DNA from: Fibrobacter succinogenes subsp. succinogenes S85
GTDB lineage: Bacteria > Fibrobacterota > Fibrobacteria > Fibrobacterales > Fibrobacteraceae
Assembly: GCF_000146505.1 (NCBI RefSeq)
Contig: NC_017448.1
Coordinates: 1,560,001-1,592,000 of the forward strand
DNA length: 32,000 nt
Direction: 5' to 3'
Positions 31,290 through 32,000 of the stretch are shown here, piece after piece; position 1 is the first letter of the stretch; each line of letters begins with the position of its first letter. The position numbers were made by a program, and so were the translations under genes. A model generated the notes under the pieces. It was not told the origin of the DNA, did no database searches, and saw only the letters and a program-made list of their open reading frames with translations.

Positions 31290-31446
31290 CGGTTTGCGAG
31301 CCCTGCGCCTTTTTGCCGCCTTTTTCTTGGCACTCGATTTTTTTGAAACTTTATCCACTATCGTGTTCCCAATTACGTTAAAAAAGATAAATTTAATTGC
31401 AGAATAAAATCGCAAGTTATTATGATTTTTTAATTGCAGGCACAAA

Positions 31447-32000
31447 ATGAAAGTTCAAGACCGCTTTTTAAAATACGTGAGCTTCACCACCACCTCCGAC
31501 GAGAACAGCGAAAGTTGCCCGAGCACCAAGCAGCAACTCGAACTCGCCAAGTTCTTGACCGAGGAACTTGAACAGATTGGACTTTCACAAGTGAAGATGG
31601 ACGAGAACGGCTACGTCTACGGGCTTCTACCCGCCACCGAAGGCCGCGAAAGCGACACGCCCATCGGATTCATCAGTCACATGGACACGTCACCGGATTT
31701 TTCGGGCGTAAACCCGAAACCGCAAATCATCGAAGATTACGATGGCGAAGATGTTCTGCTCAAAGGCTCGGGCGCCGTGCTCAAGGTCGAAGACTTCCCC
31801 ACGCTCAAATGGCTCAAGGGCCGCACACTCATCACGACTGACGGCACAACGCTCCTCGGCGCCGACGACAAAGCAGGCATTGCCGAAATCGTGACCGCCA
31901 TGGAAGAGCTCATCGAAATCGACCGCCACGCCGAAAGCCGCGGCTACGAGAATCTCTCAGGCCATGGAGACATCTGGGTCTGCTTCACGCCAGACGAAGA
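31447..32000 (+). CDS. pepT: Peptidase T (M20B tripeptide aminopeptidase), 5' partial
   Basis: MKVQDRFLKYVSFTTTSDENS..., ISHMDTSPD and LLGADDKAGIAEI. The frame stays open to the window end. It is absent from the ORF track because no stop codon is reached. Confidence 0.85.
   Translation, partial: MKVQDRFLKYVSFTTTSDENSESCPSTKQQLELAKFLTEELEQIGLSQVKMDENGYVYGLLPATEGRESDTPIGFISHMDTSPDFSGVNPKPQIIEDYDGEDVLLKGSGAVLKVEDFPTLKWLKGRTLITTDGTTLLGADDKAGIAEIVTAMEELIEIDRHAESRGYENLSGHGDIWVCFTPDE

Overview
This 32-kb window looks like a Fibrobacter-type (FCB-group) chromosome. That origin is inferred from a TIGR02147-family protein, a GH5 cellulase, Flg_new-repeat surface proteins and T9SS-like C-terminal sorting domains. 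I call 27 protein genes, 25 of them on the minus strand, and found no rRNA, tRNA or CRISPR array.

Gene content, left to right:
- HlyD-type adaptor and a DUF4956 membrane protein.
- An AT-rich Flg_new/GLUG surface protein.
- A GH127-like (DUF1680) hydrolase.
- A TIGR02147 HTH protein overlapping a lipoprotein gene.
- A stand-alone small ORF resembling the C-terminal module of Rpn/PD-(D/E)XK nucleases.
- A lipoprotein and a GH5 endoglucanase.
- NfnAB-type ferredoxin:NADP oxidoreductase, divergent from an Rrf2 regulator.
- A full-length Rpn-like PD-(D/E)XK nuclease.
- A 13.4-kb co-oriented block (16581-29996): ECF sigma / anti-sigma / outer-membrane-anchored caspase (C14) protein, then a TonB-dependent receptor with a DUF4249-like lipoprotein, then a six-gene Vibrio-TonB2-like energiser (DUF3450/TtpB-like, TtpC-like, ExbB, ExbD, TonB, TPR/TtpD-like).
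- Nitroreductase, an orphan Vsr endonuclease, and the 5' part of pepT.

The most interesting observation is one 31-nt bipartite motif, GGTRACACTTTT-N10-GGTGTT, read on the coding strand. It sits directly upstream of all three operons in that block and nowhere else in the window. This suggests one regulon linking the ECF sigma/caspase module to a dedicated TonB-dependent uptake machine.

Other observations:
- Two families of short hairpin repeats ending in ATGAC, placed just after stop codons.
- An AT-rich mosaic segment that begins inside the receptor gene.
- A Shine-Dalgarno-sequestering hairpin on the Rpn-like gene.
- A palindromic operator candidate at the Rrf2/nfnAB divergent promoter.

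All functional calls come from reading the translated ORFs and recalling family signatures; no database search was run.
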